Shown here: one piece after another, positions 62,331-64,000 of the stretch
Position numbering within the stretch: the stretch's first letter is position 1
Layout of the letters: the number at the start of each line of letters is the position of its first letter
From: Chromera velia
Lineage: Eukaryota
NCBI GenBank assembly: GCA_018398765.1
Contig: JAHBMJ010000477.1
Coordinates: forward strand, 1-64,000
Direction: 5' to 3'
DNA length: 64,000 bases
The notes under the pieces: model-generated
The model's input: the letters and a program-made list of their open reading frames with translations, nothing else
Database searches by the model: none
Told to the model about the DNA's origin: nothing
Translations under genes and position numbers: made by a program

Positions 62331-63702
62331 AGAGCCAGAGAAGAGGTGAGGAAAGCAGAAGCGCTAGATAGACACTTCGAAGTCGCGTGCATGGCTTTGA
62401 AGGCAGAGAAAGCAAGAAAGCTCATGAAGAGAGAAAACAATGCAAAAGGACATATCCCTGCTACTCCAGAAGAGATTGTAGCAGGGAGTCATGTGGAGTC
62501 CGATAAGAAGGAATTAGCGCGTTGGGCTCTGTGTGGTGTCTTTGATCTCTCCAGTCAGACGCAGCACCCGAGACCGGGGGTGAAGCCAATCACTCTCCGG
62601 TGGGTACGCACGTGGAAGCTGAAGGAGGAGGAGCGGGTTGCGAAATCCTATCTTGTTGCCAAGGGCTTCCAAGACGCTAGAGACAACGGCTTCCTGGAGA
62701 CCTTCTCTGGCACTGCGAGCTCCTCTCTCTCCCATGCGGCATTTGTGTGGGCCCTTTCTCGTGGGCTTCAGGTATCTCAACTGCTTTCCTCCAAGCCCCT
62801 CTCGATGGAAAGAATGGTGAGGTGTGGCTTAGACTCCCTTCTGACTTGCCTGTTTCTATCTATCCTGGTTTGCGTCCTGGTGTGTGTGTGCGCATCCTGA
62901 AGGCTGTTTACGGTTTGAAAGACAGCCCTCGTGTGTATACACAGTACTTCAAGAAGAAAGTGAAGGAACTGGGATGGGAAGAGATAGCTGAGTCAATTTT
63001 GGTCAAGAGAGACAAGAACAAAAAGCCAGTCGGTGTGTTAGTGATGCATGTAGACGACCTTTTTACTTTCACACCAAACGTGATGAAGGAAATATAAGCG
63101 ATTCGTTCTCTTTTCGAAATGGACGAGCCAGTGAGGATGGATGATGGATCCCTTCATACATATATAGGGATGTCTATCTGTATGGTTGAGGGTCGCATGC
63201 TGCTTGACCAAGGGAGTTACTTGCAGGAAGCCGCTTCTTCTGTTCCCCCTCAGTCCAGAAAGCCACTGACTGAGCGAGACCTTCTTTTGCCCTCAGAAGA
63301 GGAAGTTAACCCTTCGCTCTGTGCTGAGCAACAGAGCAATGTGGGGGCGCTCAGGTGGGAGAAGAGAACACCTTGTCGTGGTACTCCAAGAAAGAAGCGA
63401 GAAAGCTGGGGAGCACGACGTCAGCAGAGTTGTTAGCAATGAGGGAGGGCGTGAAAGCTGCATTTGGAATCACACATTTCATGAGTAAGCTTTGGGAAAA
63501 GAAGCCAGAAGTTTTGGTTGTGTCAGACAGTCAGCCCCTCTTGCACCAGTTAGCATCTAAACAGTGTAAGTCAGAACCAAGAATGCAGGGAGAGCTCGAA
63601 TACGTTTTTGAATGCCTTACTGAGTTAGGGGCTGCAGTTCGCTGGATAGAGACTGGATTTCAGAGGGCAGACAGACAAACCACAATCCTGCGAAATGCAT
63701 GA
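59642..63702 (+). pseudogene. pol: Pol of the copia element (protease, integrase, RT, RNase H), disrupted
   Basis: Protease LLPDTGCT. Integrase zinc finger LHSRLAH..CEAC and DDE motifs FHDL, RTDNGGEF, VERVNS. RT motifs AKSYLVAKGFQD, ISTAFLQA, KAVYGLKDSPR, MHVDDL. RNase H motifs WYSKK..STTSAE, SDSQ, QRAD. In-frame stops at 59765, 60443, 60494, 60788, 61904 and 63095, plus frameshifts near 62340, 62770 and 63350. Confidence 0.92.
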
Positions 63703-63815
63703 TGATTTCTTTGAATGCATGATTACATGATTTCATTGCTTTCGTTTTCTTGATTTGCATTTGAGTGTTCGTTCTTTCGATCGAGCAGTGTCGCCTCAAG
63801 AACGAAGGTGGTGAT

Positions 63816-64000
63816 TGTTAGTGTGCGCGGGGGTGGACGGACGCGCGGGCCACTGCATGCGCGACGCCCGCCGCCGCCGCCCATGATGATCTAACGATTT
63901 GCATGCGCGAGTCGATACATGCATGCATGCAGATTTCATTCATGTACATGCAGACGTGAATGATTGAATGATTGCCTCTTCGTGACAACAGTGAACGAAG
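63816..64000 (+). repeat. 3' LTR of the copia element (partial)
   Basis: Direct repeat of 57916 onward. Confidence 0.95.

Larger units (their letters stand above)
57916..64000 (+). mobile_element. Ty1/copia LTR retrotransposon (GalEa-like motifs); pol inactivated; 3' LTR runs off the window
   Basis: LTRs start TGTTAGTG at 57916 and 63816. Purine-rich tract AAGAACGAAGGTGG precedes the 3' LTR. Domain order is gag-PR-IN-RT-RH. Confidence 0.95.

Overview
Eukaryotic, intron-rich genomic DNA with GT-AG introns, many microsatellites and long low-complexity proteins. The style fits a chromerid alveolate such as Chromera velia (inference only). All gene models were spliced by eye and no searches were run. 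Five host genes: (1) a minus-strand gene of about 3,190 aa that appears to splice an atypical CAMK-type Ser/Thr kinase, a TM helix and a degenerate cytochrome-b5-reductase-like FAD/NAD module into one ORF; (2) a multi-exon, probably plastid-targeted PNPase with extra C-terminal S1-like segments; (3) a two-exon hypothetical protein; (4) an SH3-domain protein; (5) a probably plastid-targeted PPR protein with 38-aa repeats. A repeat island at 43.5-50.8 kb holds a decayed gag-only LTR element, two foldback hairpins, a tRNA-Val-derived relic and a 36-38 bp satellite. A near-complete Ty1/copia (GalEa-like) element runs from 57916 to the window end. Best leads: the kinase-reductase fusion; a -1 frameshift cassette and a Tudor/PWWP-like domain in the copia element; strong C-to-T bias in the repeats (RIP/methylation-like); and a shared motif upstream of three unrelated genes.
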